Origin: an uncultured Candidatus Saccharibacteria bacterium
GTDB taxonomy: Bacteria; Patescibacteriota; Doudnabacteria; UBA920
Assembly: GCA_964561085.1 (NCBI GenBank)
Contig: CAZLNP010000002.1
Span: 75,440-139,439 of the forward strand
Direction: 5' to 3'
Length of the DNA stretch: 64,000 nt
The notes under the pieces are model-generated. The model worked only from the letters and a program-made list of their open reading frames with translations, did not search any database and was not told where the DNA came from. The position numbers and the translations under genes were made by a program. Shown here piece after piece: positions 45,046 to 54,292 of the stretch (the first letter of the stretch is position 1; every line of letters begins with the position of its first letter).

Positions 45046-45351
45046 ATGACAGAAACACTTCAACAAGAACTATCTATCTTTGATCAAATCTCCATCCGTA
45101 TCATTAAGGAACAGGAGCTTGTTATTGGTCCGGTGGCTTGGGAAGAAGCAAAAAAGGTTTCTGGTTTCCATGTGGTTGATAAAGATAAAGGCGAAGTCAC
45201 CTTCGACGGTGACCCTAAAGAAGTACTAAACAGATTAGTAGCTCAGTACTCTCGTTTGTTTGGTCAGGTATCAAAAGAAGTTTGTAAAGAAGCAGTTCAA
45301 GATTTGATTGCGGAATTACCACAGACCGATGTCCCAGATAGCTTAAAATAA
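45046..45351 (+). CDS. hypothetical small protein
   Basis: 101 aa, directly upstream of the GAF-histidine kinase gene. Confidence 0.4.
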   Translation: MTETLQQELSIFDQISIRIIKEQELVIGPVAWEEAKKVSGFHVVDKDKGEVTFDGDPKEVLNRLVAQYSRLFGQVSKEVCKEAVQDLIAELPQTDVPDSLK

Positions 45352-45388
45352 AATTTTTCCTAGTTACGCTAGTAAATAGAAACAAAAA

Positions 45389-46807
45389 ATGCCTACAGAA
45401 GATGGCAAAGGCCCAGATTTACAGTCGCTCAATGAGCAATTGTACAAGCATAGTTTAGAGCTGGCCGTTGTTAATAAAACGCTTTCGCTTTTGCGAAAGC
45501 TTTATCAGATTAGCTTGCTTTCTCTTGAGCCAGCTACTCTATCCGAAAAAGTTTCCGAAACCGTGCGGGTGGATTTAAACATGGAAGTTGTCGGCGTTTT
45601 TTTATTAGAAGAGGATACCAATAGCTTAATTCCATTTAAATTTTCAAAGTCGAAACGATTCGAAGAAAGCGCTAAAGCAGAAAAACTAGATGTAGATGCC
45701 TATAAGCTTTCAGTAGATGCTAAGAACTTGGTTTTAAATAGAGTTATTGAAGGAAAAGAGTCTGGCGTTATTGCTAATCTGGAAGATATTTGGATGGATC
45801 ATGTCACTTTAAAGCAGATGAATGCAGTCAAGGAAAGCTCTAACTTAAAGACTGTTTTACTCTATCCACTTGTGATGCAAGACAAAGTAATTGGAATGTT
45901 ATTACTGGCTTTAAACCGCGAGTACGAAATTCTAAGCGATCATGAGAAAGAATCAATTAATAGTTTCATCGACGTAGTAGCCGTTGCTTTGGATAAAGCT
46001 TTGTTGTACGAAAAATTGCGCGTAGCTAATGAGCAATTGCAAATTCTGGACAAAGCGCGTGCGGAATTCCTTTCTATCGCTAGTCATCAGCTGCGCACTC
46101 CTCCAGCAACCATAAAATGGTATTTGGGGGCAGTCCTGGATGGGGATTTTGGAGCGCTCTCAGAGGACCTAAAAGCCGCTCTACAGCGCACAAATGTCAC
46201 AAATGATGCTCAGATTGCCACAATCGATGACTTGCTCAATGCGTCCCGTATTGAGCGAGGCAAGCTTGAATTCTTCTTTGAGGAAAATCCTTTGGAACCA
46301 GTGGTTTCTGTTTTGGTTGAACAAATGCAACCTTTGGCTCAAATGAAGAAAATGACCATTGAATATGTGAAACCAAGCCAGGTTCTTCCAAATATTTTGA
46401 TGGATAAAGAAAAGGTCCGCCAGGTTATCAACAACATGATTGATAACGCCATAAAGTATTCTAATGATGGCGTCATCGGTGTCAGTTTAAAATTAGAAGG
46501 GGAGAGCTTAGTCGTAAGAGTGAAAGATACTGGTAAAGGAATTTCTCCAGAAGAGATTAACTCCATTTTTGATAAGTATGCCCGTGGTCACGATTCAGTT
46601 ACTCATGCTACCGGACTCGGATTGGGGATGTATGTAGCAAAAGTAATTGTAGAACAGCATAATGGTAAGATCTGGGCGGAGAGTGAAGGGGTTGGCAAAG
46701 GTTCTACTTTTGCGTTTAGCTTGCCACTTCACAGCGATTTGCGCCCGACTACAGTTGACTTAGCTGAAGATATGGCTAAGCGTGCGGCTGTTATTGCATC
46801 AAAATAA
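45389..46807 (+). CDS. cytoplasmic sensor histidine kinase (GAF + HisKA + HATPase_c)
   Basis: H-box LSIASHQLRTPPATIKWYL; N-box VINNMIDNAIKYS; G-boxes DTGKGIS and GLGLGMYVAKVIVEQHNGKIWAESEGVGKGSTFAFSLP. No TM segments. Confidence 0.8.
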   Translation: MPTEDGKGPDLQSLNEQLYKHSLELAVVNKTLSLLRKLYQISLLSLEPATLSEKVSETVRVDLNMEVVGVFLLEEDTNSLIPFKFSKSKRFEESAKAEKLDVDAYKLSVDAKNLVLNRVIEGKESGVIANLEDIWMDHVTLKQMNAVKESSNLKTVLLYPLVMQDKVIGMLLLALNREYEILSDHEKESINSFIDVVAVALDKALLYEKLRVANEQLQILDKARAEFLSIASHQLRTPPATIKWYLGAVLDGDFGALSEDLKAALQRTNVTNDAQIATIDDLLNASRIERGKLEFFFEENPLEPVVSVLVEQMQPLAQMKKMTIEYVKPSQVLPNILMDKEKVRQVINNMIDNAIKYSNDGVIGVSLKLEGESLVVRVKDTGKGISPEEINSIFDKYARGHDSVTHATGLGLGMYVAKVIVEQHNGKIWAESEGVGKGSTFAFSLPLHSDLRPTTVDLAEDMAKRAAVIASK

Positions 46808-46940
46808 ATATGATATAATGTATATATGAATCCTGCTTTCAAAAATAGGTTTCAGAATAGTGACAATTTATATACTTTGGGCTCACAGAGTCGAAATTGC
46901 GGTTTCTTTTTCGCCCAAATCAATTCAACACTTAGTGTGT

Positions 46941-46965
46941 AAGAGGCTTTTTAGCCTCTTTTTAT
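46941..46965 (+). terminator. rho-independent terminator in the 240-nt spacer after the GAF kinase
   Basis: AAGAGGCT-tttt-AGCCTCTT followed by TTTTATT. Confidence 0.5.
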
Positions 46966-47048
46966 TATTCGTAATTCCGGCCAGGTCGATACCGGAACCA
47001 AACTAAATTAGGCTCAAGCAAAAAAGCTAAAGCCTTGAAAGGTATACT

Positions 47049-47747
47049 ATGATCAGTGATTATTACAGCGACTATCCAGACGTTGTACAAAATTCCATTA
47101 CCAATCTTTATGATCAGGTAATTCAGTACTTGCCTAATATTATTGCAGCTCTAATTGTGTTGTTAATAGGTTGGGCATTAGGATTGTTTTTAGGAAATAT
47201 AGTTAAGCGCGGACTGCAAGCCATCGGAATTGATGGCCTGGGAGATCAGCTTGGGTTAAAGCGACTTTCAGAACGTAGTGGCCGTACTATTCGTATTTCT
47301 GCAATAGTTCAGTGGATAATTAAATGGTTCTTTATCTTGGCTAGCATTATTGCTGCCGCTGATATCTTGGGCCTTAACACAGTTAGTAACTTCTTCTACT
47401 CCGATGTCCTTGGCTATGCAGGGCACGTAGTAATTGCCATGGCAATTTTGTTAATTGGTTTACTAGCTGCTAACTTCCTAAGTGATGTCGTAGAAGGCAC
47501 TGTTCGTGCTGGTGGTTTTGAAACTGCACGCTTACTAGGATCAATTACTCGTTGGGCAATTACTGTATTCGCGATTATTGCAGCTCTTTCTGAGCTACAG
47601 ATTGCTGCGGATTTCCTTAATTACCTATTCATTGGTGTAGTAGTGATGCTTGCTCTTGCCGGTGGTTTGGCTTTCGGCCTAGGTGGTCGCGACCATGCAC
47701 GTAAAGTTTTAGATAGCATCGAAAATGGAATCAAAAAGCGTTCTTAG
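47049..47747 (+). CDS. membrane protein with repeated conserved TM-helix modules (MscS-N-terminal-like)
   Basis: Four similar hydrophobic helix units, e.g. IIAALIVLLIGWALGLFLGNIV and VIAMAILLIGLLAANFLSDVV. Confidence 0.45.
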   Translation: MISDYYSDYPDVVQNSITNLYDQVIQYLPNIIAALIVLLIGWALGLFLGNIVKRGLQAIGIDGLGDQLGLKRLSERSGRTIRISAIVQWIIKWFFILASIIAAADILGLNTVSNFFYSDVLGYAGHVVIAMAILLIGLLAANFLSDVVEGTVRAGGFETARLLGSITRWAITVFAIIAALSELQIAADFLNYLFIGVVVMLALAGGLAFGLGGRDHARKVLDSIENGIKKRS

Positions 47748-47761
47748 TTAAAATATTTAAA

Positions 47762-47795
47762 AACCTCGTAGGAAAATCCTGCGAGGTTTTTTATT
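47762..47795 (+). terminator. rho-independent terminator
   Basis: ACCTCGTAGG-aaaat-CCTGCGAGGT followed by TTTTTTATTT. Confidence 0.6.
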
Positions 47796-47820
47796 TCGGG
47801 TCAAATGCTATAATAAGAAC

Positions 47821-48657
47821 ATGATAAAAAAATCGATTAGTATATTGTTTTTATTAGTATTTATTGGTGGTTCTATTGGTATCTGGAGCGCTTATAAAGC
47901 ATACAACAACCGCAAAATTGAACGTCAGGCTCGCTTAGTTCAGCAGGTAGAGGAAACTAAGGCTACTGTGATTGAGGGCTGGGATGTAGATCAAATTGCT
48001 GAATATTACGAGAAGCAAGACCTATTTTCCCAAAAAGATTTTATTAAGGCTACTCAGGAGTTTGATAGTAGTGCCTATCCATTAATTACTCGCCCAAATT
48101 CTAAATCTTTAGAGGGATATCTATTTCCTGATACCTATAGGTTTACAAAAAATTCTACTCCAGAGGAAGTGATTACTAAAATGCTTGAGAACTTTTCTGC
48201 TAGAGTAGCGACTTTAGGAATTGAAGATCCAACAGAAAAGCACAACGGTTTGTCACTATATGAAATTATTATATTGGCTTCTATAATCGAAAAGGAGAGT
48301 GGGGGAGAAGGCGCAACCACTGGCGAACTTTCATTGCAAGATGAGCGCAATTTAGTGGCGAGCGTTTTCTATAATCGCATGGCAATCGGCCAAGGCTTAG
48401 AGAGTGATGCAACCGTAAACTACGTTACTGGCAAATCTACTCCAGGAGTTAGTTTAAAAGATTTAGAAGTTGATTCACCGTACAATACCTATAAATATGC
48501 TGGACTTCCACCAGGGCCAATTTGTAATCCATCACTTGGAAGTATTAAGGCAGCGCTTCAACCAGCTAAGAGTGACTACTTTTACTTCCTTCATAAGCAA
48601 CCTTCTGGGCAGGTAGATTTTAGTCGTACTTTCCAAGAGCACGTCAGTAAGAAGTAA
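47821..48657 (+). CDS. mltG: endolytic murein transglycosylase MltG (YceG-like)
   Basis: N-terminal TM. LEGYLFPDTYRF...VFYNRMAIGQGLESDATVNYV...LPPGPICNPS are YceG family blocks. Confidence 0.8.
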   Translation: MIKKSISILFLLVFIGGSIGIWSAYKAYNNRKIERQARLVQQVEETKATVIEGWDVDQIAEYYEKQDLFSQKDFIKATQEFDSSAYPLITRPNSKSLEGYLFPDTYRFTKNSTPEEVITKMLENFSARVATLGIEDPTEKHNGLSLYEIIILASIIEKESGGEGATTGELSLQDERNLVASVFYNRMAIGQGLESDATVNYVTGKSTPGVSLKDLEVDSPYNTYKYAGLPPGPICNPSLGSIKAALQPAKSDYFYFLHKQPSGQVDFSRTFQEHVSKK

Positions 48658-48757
48658 AATACGCTTATATAAGCCAATTTTAGCTTCACTTTATCATCAT
48701 AAGTCTCTCATAGTATTAGTATGAAGATTTAAGGTAGAATTAAGTAAAGGAGCAAAT

Positions 48758-49432
48758 ATGGTTATTTTACTAATTGAAGATGAGAAAAAGCAATCAGAGT
48801 TTATACAACGAGCTTTAGAACAAGACTACTACAAAGTAGATGCTCTATTTGATGGTAAAGAGGCAATGGATCGCATTGAGGTGCGAGACTATGATTTAAT
48901 TATTGTCGATTTGCAGTTGCCTCAAGTCAGCGGTGTAGACATAGTGAAGCGGATTCGCGAGTTAAAATTAAAAACTCCGGTTTTGGTTCTGACTGCTAAT
49001 GACGATACATCAATGAAGGTTGCAAACTTAGATAATGGCGCTGATGATTATTTAACCAAGCCATTTGCTTTAGATGAATTACTGGCTCGCGTTCGAGCAT
49101 TGCTTCGTCGCGAAGCTACTCCAATCCCTCAAACCTTCAAACAAGGAAATTTGGAATTAATGTACGCTACTCATGAAGTCAAAGTTGATGGTTCTCCCGT
49201 TAAACTAACTAAGAATGAATTCCGCCTACTAGATTTCTTAAGCCGTAAACCTGATCGTGTTTGTACTCGTGCCATGATTGAGGAACACGTTTGGGGGTAC
49301 AATACAGATAATCAAAGCAATGTTATTGAAGCGTCGATATATAACCTTCGTCGCAAATTGGGACCTAAAAATAAAGGATTAATTCAGACTGTTCAGAATA
49401 TCGGTTATCGGTTTAAAGCAGCTACAGCTTAG
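48758..49432 (+). CDS. OmpR/PhoB-family response regulator (receiver + winged-helix)
   Basis: Receiver ILLIEDE...LIIVDLQLPQVSG...VLVLTAND; wHTH KLTKNEFRLLDFLSRKPDRVCTRAMIEEHVWG...IGYRF. Confidence 0.85.
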   Translation: MVILLIEDEKKQSEFIQRALEQDYYKVDALFDGKEAMDRIEVRDYDLIIVDLQLPQVSGVDIVKRIRELKLKTPVLVLTANDDTSMKVANLDNGADDYLTKPFALDELLARVRALLRREATPIPQTFKQGNLELMYATHEVKVDGSPVKLTKNEFRLLDFLSRKPDRVCTRAMIEEHVWGYNTDNQSNVIEASIYNLRRKLGPKNKGLIQTVQNIGYRFKAATA

Positions 49433-49446
49433 TTTAAATTTATACA

Positions 49447-50520
49447 ATGTTTGACTCAGATTTTACACATGCTTTACTGGAGCGAATGGGTGGCAATTCC
49501 GCAACGGTTGTAATAGATAGCGATGGAGTTTGTGTTTTCGCGAACTCTAATGTTAAAAGTGTGTTAAATAAAAACGCGGAAGATTTGCATCAGAAAAATT
49601 TTGCAGATGTTTTTTCTATTTTTACTTTAGATAATGCAGAAGTGGTTCCAGAAAAGCATCCGATTCACAAAGCACTCTACTCAAAAGAGTTTACTCAAAC
49701 AACCCCATTCTTCTGCAAGCTTCCTGGTTTGGATGACACCTTCGCTTTAACAACCATCCCAATTCAAGGTACAGCTGGACAGACTAATTTTGTAATAGTT
49801 CAAATTCGTAAGGCAAAACGTGAAGTCCAAGTAGGAGAAATGAAATCTCTTTTTGTTTCTTTTGCAGCGCATCAGTTGAAAACACCCAGCTCTGTAGTTA
49901 AAGGTTTTTTGGAATTGATGATTCGTCAGGGAGAGAGCGCTTATTCTAAAGATCAATGGCATTTTCTTACTTCCGCCTTTGAGTCTAATGAGAACTTGAT
50001 AGGAGTTTCTAAAACTCTATTAAATATGGCTAGGTTAGAAGGGGGCTTAATTGAGCCAGCTATGCATAGTTTCGACCCACATTCTGTATTGCAAGCGAAA
50101 ATAAATAGTTATTCTCCTGTTTATTCGGTAAAAAACTTGAATATTACTTTAGCAGGAGTTGATCGCGATTCTGAGTTAAGTTTAAACAGTGATGAAAGTT
50201 TTTTTACCGAAGTGTTTGGAATTTTGCTTGGCAATGCTATTAAACATTCGCCAGGCAATTCTGAAATTTTAGTTACCTACACACTGTCCAAAGATAAATG
50301 CGAGGTGCATGTAATTGACAACGGGCCAGGGATCTCTTTAGCTATTAGAGAGAAATTATTTACAAAAGAGCAAGATACTACCCCTGACGAAAATAGTCAT
50401 GGCTTGGGTTTATATATGGCTAAAAAGTATATTGCATTGCTTGGTGGCTCGATTGGGTTGGAGGAACCTAGTGCAGATGCAGTTGGAAGTGATTTTTATT
50501 TCACTGTTCCGAATATATAA
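49447..50520 (+). CDS. cytoplasmic sensor histidine kinase (PAS-like + HisKA + HATPase_c)
   Basis: H-box FAAHQLKTPSSVVKGF; N-box GNAIKHS; G-boxes DNGPGIS and GLGLYMAKKYIALLGGSI. No TM segments. Starts 15 nt after the response-regulator gene. Confidence 0.75.
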   Translation: MFDSDFTHALLERMGGNSATVVIDSDGVCVFANSNVKSVLNKNAEDLHQKNFADVFSIFTLDNAEVVPEKHPIHKALYSKEFTQTTPFFCKLPGLDDTFALTTIPIQGTAGQTNFVIVQIRKAKREVQVGEMKSLFVSFAAHQLKTPSSVVKGFLELMIRQGESAYSKDQWHFLTSAFESNENLIGVSKTLLNMARLEGGLIEPAMHSFDPHSVLQAKINSYSPVYSVKNLNITLAGVDRDSELSLNSDESFFTEVFGILLGNAIKHSPGNSEILVTYTLSKDKCEVHVIDNGPGISLAIREKLFTKEQDTTPDENSHGLGLYMAKKYIALLGGSIGLEEPSADAVGSDFYFTVPNI

Positions 50521-50529
50521 AAAGATCTG

Positions 50530-51450
50530 CTATTGCAGATCTTTTGTTTTAAACTCTCGTTGTCCGTTAAGGAAGTCGCGCATACTCATTGGCTTTTTGC
50601 CAGCTGGCTGCAGTCTCACTAATCGAAGGTAAGTATTATTGCCACACTTTACTATATCTGCGGCATCGTTTGTTTCTAACTCAGCCTCACTTATAACCTC
50701 AGCCTCCAAAATTTTAACTACTTGTTCTTTCCAAGTTGTCCAAATTCCTGGCCATGGGGTGTAAGCTCTGAGCATATTATAAATTTCTGAAGCTGGTTTC
50801 GACCAGTCTACACGACCATGTTCTTTTTTAATTAGCTTTGTAAAAGTTGCCTCATTATGGTTTTGAACCTGTGGAGTAATGGAACCACTTTCGTATTTGG
50901 GTAATAAATCAATTAATAAATCGGTCGATACATCAGCAAGCTTTTTAGCTAAAGTCTCAAAAGTATCTTTTGGATCAATTGGGTATTCCTGCTGAGCTAA
51001 AATAGGGCCATGATCAACTAATTCATCTAGAATGAAGATGGTAGTACCAGTTACAGTTTCGCCATTTAGCAGTGCATACTGAATAGGCGCGGCCCCGCGA
51101 TACTTTGGCAACAAAGAAAAATGCACGTTCAAAGTTTTAAGAGGCGGAATGTCTAGTAATTCGATTGGAAGAATTTTTCCGTAAGAAACTACAATAAAAA
51201 TATCTGCGTTTAGAGTTTTTAAAAAATCAATAAACTCAGAGTTGTTTTTTACACGTTCTGGTTTTTGAACAGGGAGGTTTAGGGAGGTGGCTAAATTAGC
51301 AATTGCACTAGCCTGCATTTCCTGTTTTCTTCCAACCATGGCGTCTGGGCTAGTGATAACTTGAACAACTTCATGCCCAGATTCTTTCTGAGCTAAAGCC
51401 TCTAAAATGGGCAATCCTACATCGGATGTGCCAAAAAATACTATTTTCAA
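50530..51450 (-). CDS. fmt: methionyl-tRNA formyltransferase
   Basis: MKIVFFGTSDVGLPILEAL...; formyltransferase core NVHFSLLPKYRGAAPIQYALLNGETVTG. Confidence 0.9.
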   Translation of the reverse strand: MKIVFFGTSDVGLPILEALAQKESGHEVVQVITSPDAMVGRKQEMQASAIANLATSLNLPVQKPERVKNNSEFIDFLKTLNADIFIVVSYGKILPIELLDIPPLKTLNVHFSLLPKYRGAAPIQYALLNGETVTGTTIFILDELVDHGPILAQQEYPIDPKDTFETLAKKLADVSTDLLIDLLPKYESGSITPQVQNHNEATFTKLIKKEHGRVDWSKPASEIYNMLRAYTPWPGIWTTWKEQVVKILEAEVISEAELETNDAADIVKCGNNTYLRLVRLQPAGKKPMSMRDFLNGQREFKTKDLQ

Positions 51451-52010
51451 AACTTCATTCTCTTAATAATTTGACGAAGTACTTCGGCCTGAACTCGGCA
51501 ATCAACCAGTGCGGTATGGCGACCTTCAGGAACTTCAATTTTAAAATGCTTAGCTGCATCATCTAAACCAAAGCGGCTAAATCTTTTTTTGTCCTTCAAA
51601 AGTTTTTTAGTAGCCATGTAGCTGTAGAGCAAAGGCCATACATCAAAGACGTGGTAATCAAACTTGTACTTCATTGCTGATTTCCGGTAGCTAATTCGCA
51701 GCATCAGCGTGTCTAGAATTGTGCCGTATGGGGCTAAAATCACATCTGTTCCAAAAGTTTTCTCAAACTTTTTAAGCACAGTTTTTAGTGAAGGAGCATC
51801 TTTTAGAGTATCCCAAGTGATGTTATTGACTGCCATCGCTTCCTTCTCACGATTATTCCAGTGGCTTGGACGAATGTAGGAATTAAAATGCTTTTTTTCC
51901 TTCAAAGTTTTTTTATCTAATAAAACGCCTGCAAGTTGAATAAGCTCATGCTTAGTAAAGTCTAAGCCTGTAGCTTCTATATCTAGAACTAGTACGTCTT
52001 TATGAAACAT
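51447..52010 (-). CDS. DEDDh-type 3'-5' exonuclease domain protein
   Basis: Exo I VLDIEATGLD; Exo III HTALVDCRVQAEVL. 4-nt overlap with fmt. Confidence 0.6.
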   Translation of the reverse strand: MFHKDVLVLDIEATGLDFTKHELIQLAGVLLDKKTLKEKKHFNSYIRPSHWNNREKEAMAVNNITWDTLKDAPSLKTVLKKFEKTFGTDVILAPYGTILDTLMLRISYRKSAMKYKFDYHVFDVWPLLYSYMATKKLLKDKKRFSRFGLDDAAKHFKIEVPEGRHTALVDCRVQAEVLRQIIKRMKF

Positions 52011-52052
52011 GAGCGCTAAGTTTATTAATTAGTTTATTTAGTAGGGAAATTT

Positions 52053-52586
52053 TTATCCAATGACAATCCTTCTAAATACTTCTGCAGAGAGTCGGGCTTT
52101 TTCCAACGAATCGTGCGGGTTAGCTTGCTTTAAATTAAAGTGTTGAAACAAAGTTTGCATTGTCGGCATCTTTTTAAGACCATAGTGCAGAGTGTAAACG
52201 TAGCCTAAGGACCACAAATCTAAAACATGCGAGTCATAGTTGTAGGGCAGGAAAGTTTTTTTAAATGCTTGTCTTAAAAACTGGACGTTGGAAACAGAAT
52301 GAGTGGCTAGCAGGGGAGTGTCCCCGAATTTACTACTGAAAGATTTAATCACTTCGTATAACTTTGGGCTCTTTTGCAGCGTTTCAAATGGAACTTGAAG
52401 CATATCCGCGTGTTGAGTAATAGTGTTATCTAGAAAACTTACTTTAACGTATGAATTGAAAAAGTTTTTTTCGAGTAAGTTATCTTTGTCTAAAAGAACA
52501 GCTGACAATTGAATTATGGAATCTCGATCTACATTTTGACCAGTGACTTCGATTTGGAAAAGCAGAATATCTTTAATAAATTTCAT
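52053..52586 (-). CDS. paralogue of the DEDDh exonuclease with a degenerate active site (Exo I Asp -> Gln)
   Basis: Aligns with the downstream gene (YNYDSHVLDLWSLGY versus FDYHVFDVWPLLY), but motif I reads LFQIEVTGQ. Confidence 0.5.
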   Translation of the reverse strand: MKFIKDILLFQIEVTGQNVDRDSIIQLSAVLLDKDNLLEKNFFNSYVKVSFLDNTITQHADMLQVPFETLQKSPKLYEVIKSFSSKFGDTPLLATHSVSNVQFLRQAFKKTFLPYNYDSHVLDLWSLGYVYTLHYGLKKMPTMQTLFQHFNLKQANPHDSLEKARLSAEVFRRIVIG

Positions 52587-52598
52587 ATGGATCAGCTG

Positions 52599-53096
52599 TT
52601 ATTTTGTTTCTGAGTAGTTAGGTAGGATATCTTCTCCTTTAGTTATTTTCTCGAGCTTATCGTAGATTAAAGTATTTTGTAAGTGGTCGTATTCATGCTG
52701 AAGCACTCGGGCAAGAAAAGTGTCATCTGTGATGGTAAATTTTTGACCATCAATGTCGTAAGCCTCCATAGTAATTTTCTTCGGTCGACGAACCATTCCA
52801 AACACTCCCGGCATAGAAAGACAGCCTTCTTCCATCTCTGAAGTTTCTTTGGAGTAGTGAGTAATTTTTGGATTGATAATAGGGAAGGCTGGAATGTCAG
52901 CATCTTCTAAATAGATCAATGCCATGTTCAAGTTTTTGCTAACTTGGGGAGCAGCTAATCCTACGCCCTGCGCAGAGATAACAGTATCGAGCATATTCTT
53001 AAGAAGCTTAACTACATCTTTCTTTAGAGGGAAAGTCAGGTCTTCAACAGGGGTGCGTAAAACTTTAGCTGGGAGTTTAGAAATTGGTAATACCAT
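52599..53096 (-). CDS. def: peptide deformylase
   Basis: Motif 1 GVGLAAPQV; motif 2 EGCLSMPG; motif 3 HEYDHL. Confidence 0.9.
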   Translation of the reverse strand: MVLPISKLPAKVLRTPVEDLTFPLKKDVVKLLKNMLDTVISAQGVGLAAPQVSKNLNMALIYLEDADIPAFPIINPKITHYSKETSEMEEGCLSMPGVFGMVRRPKKITMEAYDIDGQKFTITDDTFLARVLQHEYDHLQNTLIYDKLEKITKGEDILPNYSETK

Positions 53097-53098
53097 GG

Positions 53099-53377
53099 TT
53101 AAGTTTTGGGTTTAAGTGATTCGTTATGTTTCTTTATTAGGTAGGAAAATAGTCTGCCACGATTTGTGACCTTTGGATTTTCCAGAATTTCTCCAGCAAT
53201 TTTGCGAAGCAAATCGTGATTATATGTCACAGCCATTTTTAAATAGAGGCCAAAATGGGCTTTGTCATTCATTTGCTGAGTTAATTCGTCCGCCAAAAGA
53301 TGTGAAGCGGAATGTAGGTGTGGATTTCGCTTTTTTACTAGCTTATGTTTATTGGCTACATCTTTTAGTGAGTCCAT
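53099..53377 (-). CDS. hypothetical small protein
   Basis: 92 aa ORF ending 3 nt before the def start. No motif. Confidence 0.35.
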   Translation of the reverse strand: MDSLKDVANKHKLVKKRNPHLHSASHLLADELTQQMNDKAHFGLYLKMAVTYNHDLLRKIAGEILENPKVTNRGRLFSYLIKKHNESLKPKT

Positions 53378-53434
53378 ACCCTCATTATACCGAAACTAGG
53401 CTAAAAATGCGAAAAAAGCTATAATATAGCTAAT

Positions 53435-54292
53435 ATGAGTAAAAAAATCCTTGGCACAGTTCTATTTGTTTTGATTATCACGATTGTGGTTTTTGAAGGT
53501 ATCCCAAAACAGGCTTTTGATTGGGTTCGCAAAACCGAAGTTGGAGCACGGGTTTTGAGCTATGTTCAAAATGATCAGAATCTTTCTGGGCTACTTCGTG
53601 GTCCTTTGGATGGATTAAATTCAAGTGAGCTAACGTCATCTGGGATTATTACTTGGACAAATACTCAGCGTGAAGCTCAAGGACTTATCCCGCTTCATGA
53701 AAATGCACAGCTTAGGAAAGCTGCAGAAGCAAAAGTTGATGATATGTTTGCAAAGCAATATTTCGAACATGAGTCACCTGATGGAAAGACACCTGCAGAT
53801 GTAATTCGCAAAGCTGGTTATGCCTACATTGTTGTAGGAGAAAATTTAGCTTTGGGAAATTTTAAAGATGATGAAACTTTAGTACAAGCATGGATGGATA
53901 GCCCGGGACACCGCGCAAATATTTTGAACGGGAAGTATCAGGAAATTGGCACTGCGGCAAAAAAAGGAATGTTCGAAGGTAAAGAAGTATGGTTGGCAGT
54001 TCAAGAGTTTGGCGCGCCACTTTCTGCTTGTCCAACTACGGGAACAGGCGTGAAAGCACAGATTGATTCTAATCGTAATCAACTAGCGGTTAATCAAGCT
54101 GAGCTGCAAAAGCAAAAAGCTGCGTTAAATGCTAATCGTTATAAAAGCCAAGATGAATACAATACCGCTGTTGCTAAGTACAATGCATTGGTAGAACGAA
54201 CTAATGCTTTGGCAGATGATACGCAGAGACTTGTGACTGATTACAACAATAGTGTTAATCAGTTTAATAAATGCTTGGAGTCAAATTCATGA
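53435..54292 (+). CDS. CAP/SCP/PR-1-like domain protein with N-terminal TM and C-terminal coiled coil
   Basis: CAP signatures HYTQVVW-like (GHRANILNGKYQEIGTAA) and ...SPGHRANI. TATAAT at 53417-53422 upstream. Confidence 0.65.
   Translation: MSKKILGTVLFVLIITIVVFEGIPKQAFDWVRKTEVGARVLSYVQNDQNLSGLLRGPLDGLNSSELTSSGIITWTNTQREAQGLIPLHENAQLRKAAEAKVDDMFAKQYFEHESPDGKTPADVIRKAGYAYIVVGENLALGNFKDDETLVQAWMDSPGHRANILNGKYQEIGTAAKKGMFEGKEVWLAVQEFGAPLSACPTTGTGVKAQIDSNRNQLAVNQAELQKQKAALNANRYKSQDEYNTAVAKYNALVERTNALADDTQRLVTDYNNSVNQFNKCLESNS

Noticed and set aside
46808-47048. Possible 37-codon ORF (MNPAFKNRFQNSDNLYTLGSQ...) in the 240-nt spacer after the GAF kinase.
   Set aside because: No SD, low complexity, and it ends before a terminator hairpin. 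More likely untranslated 3' UTR. It is kept only as the terminator feature.
50399-50632. 77-aa + strand ORF spanning the kinase stop and the fmt 3' end.
   Set aside because: It overlaps two well-supported genes in the wrong frame or on the wrong strand.
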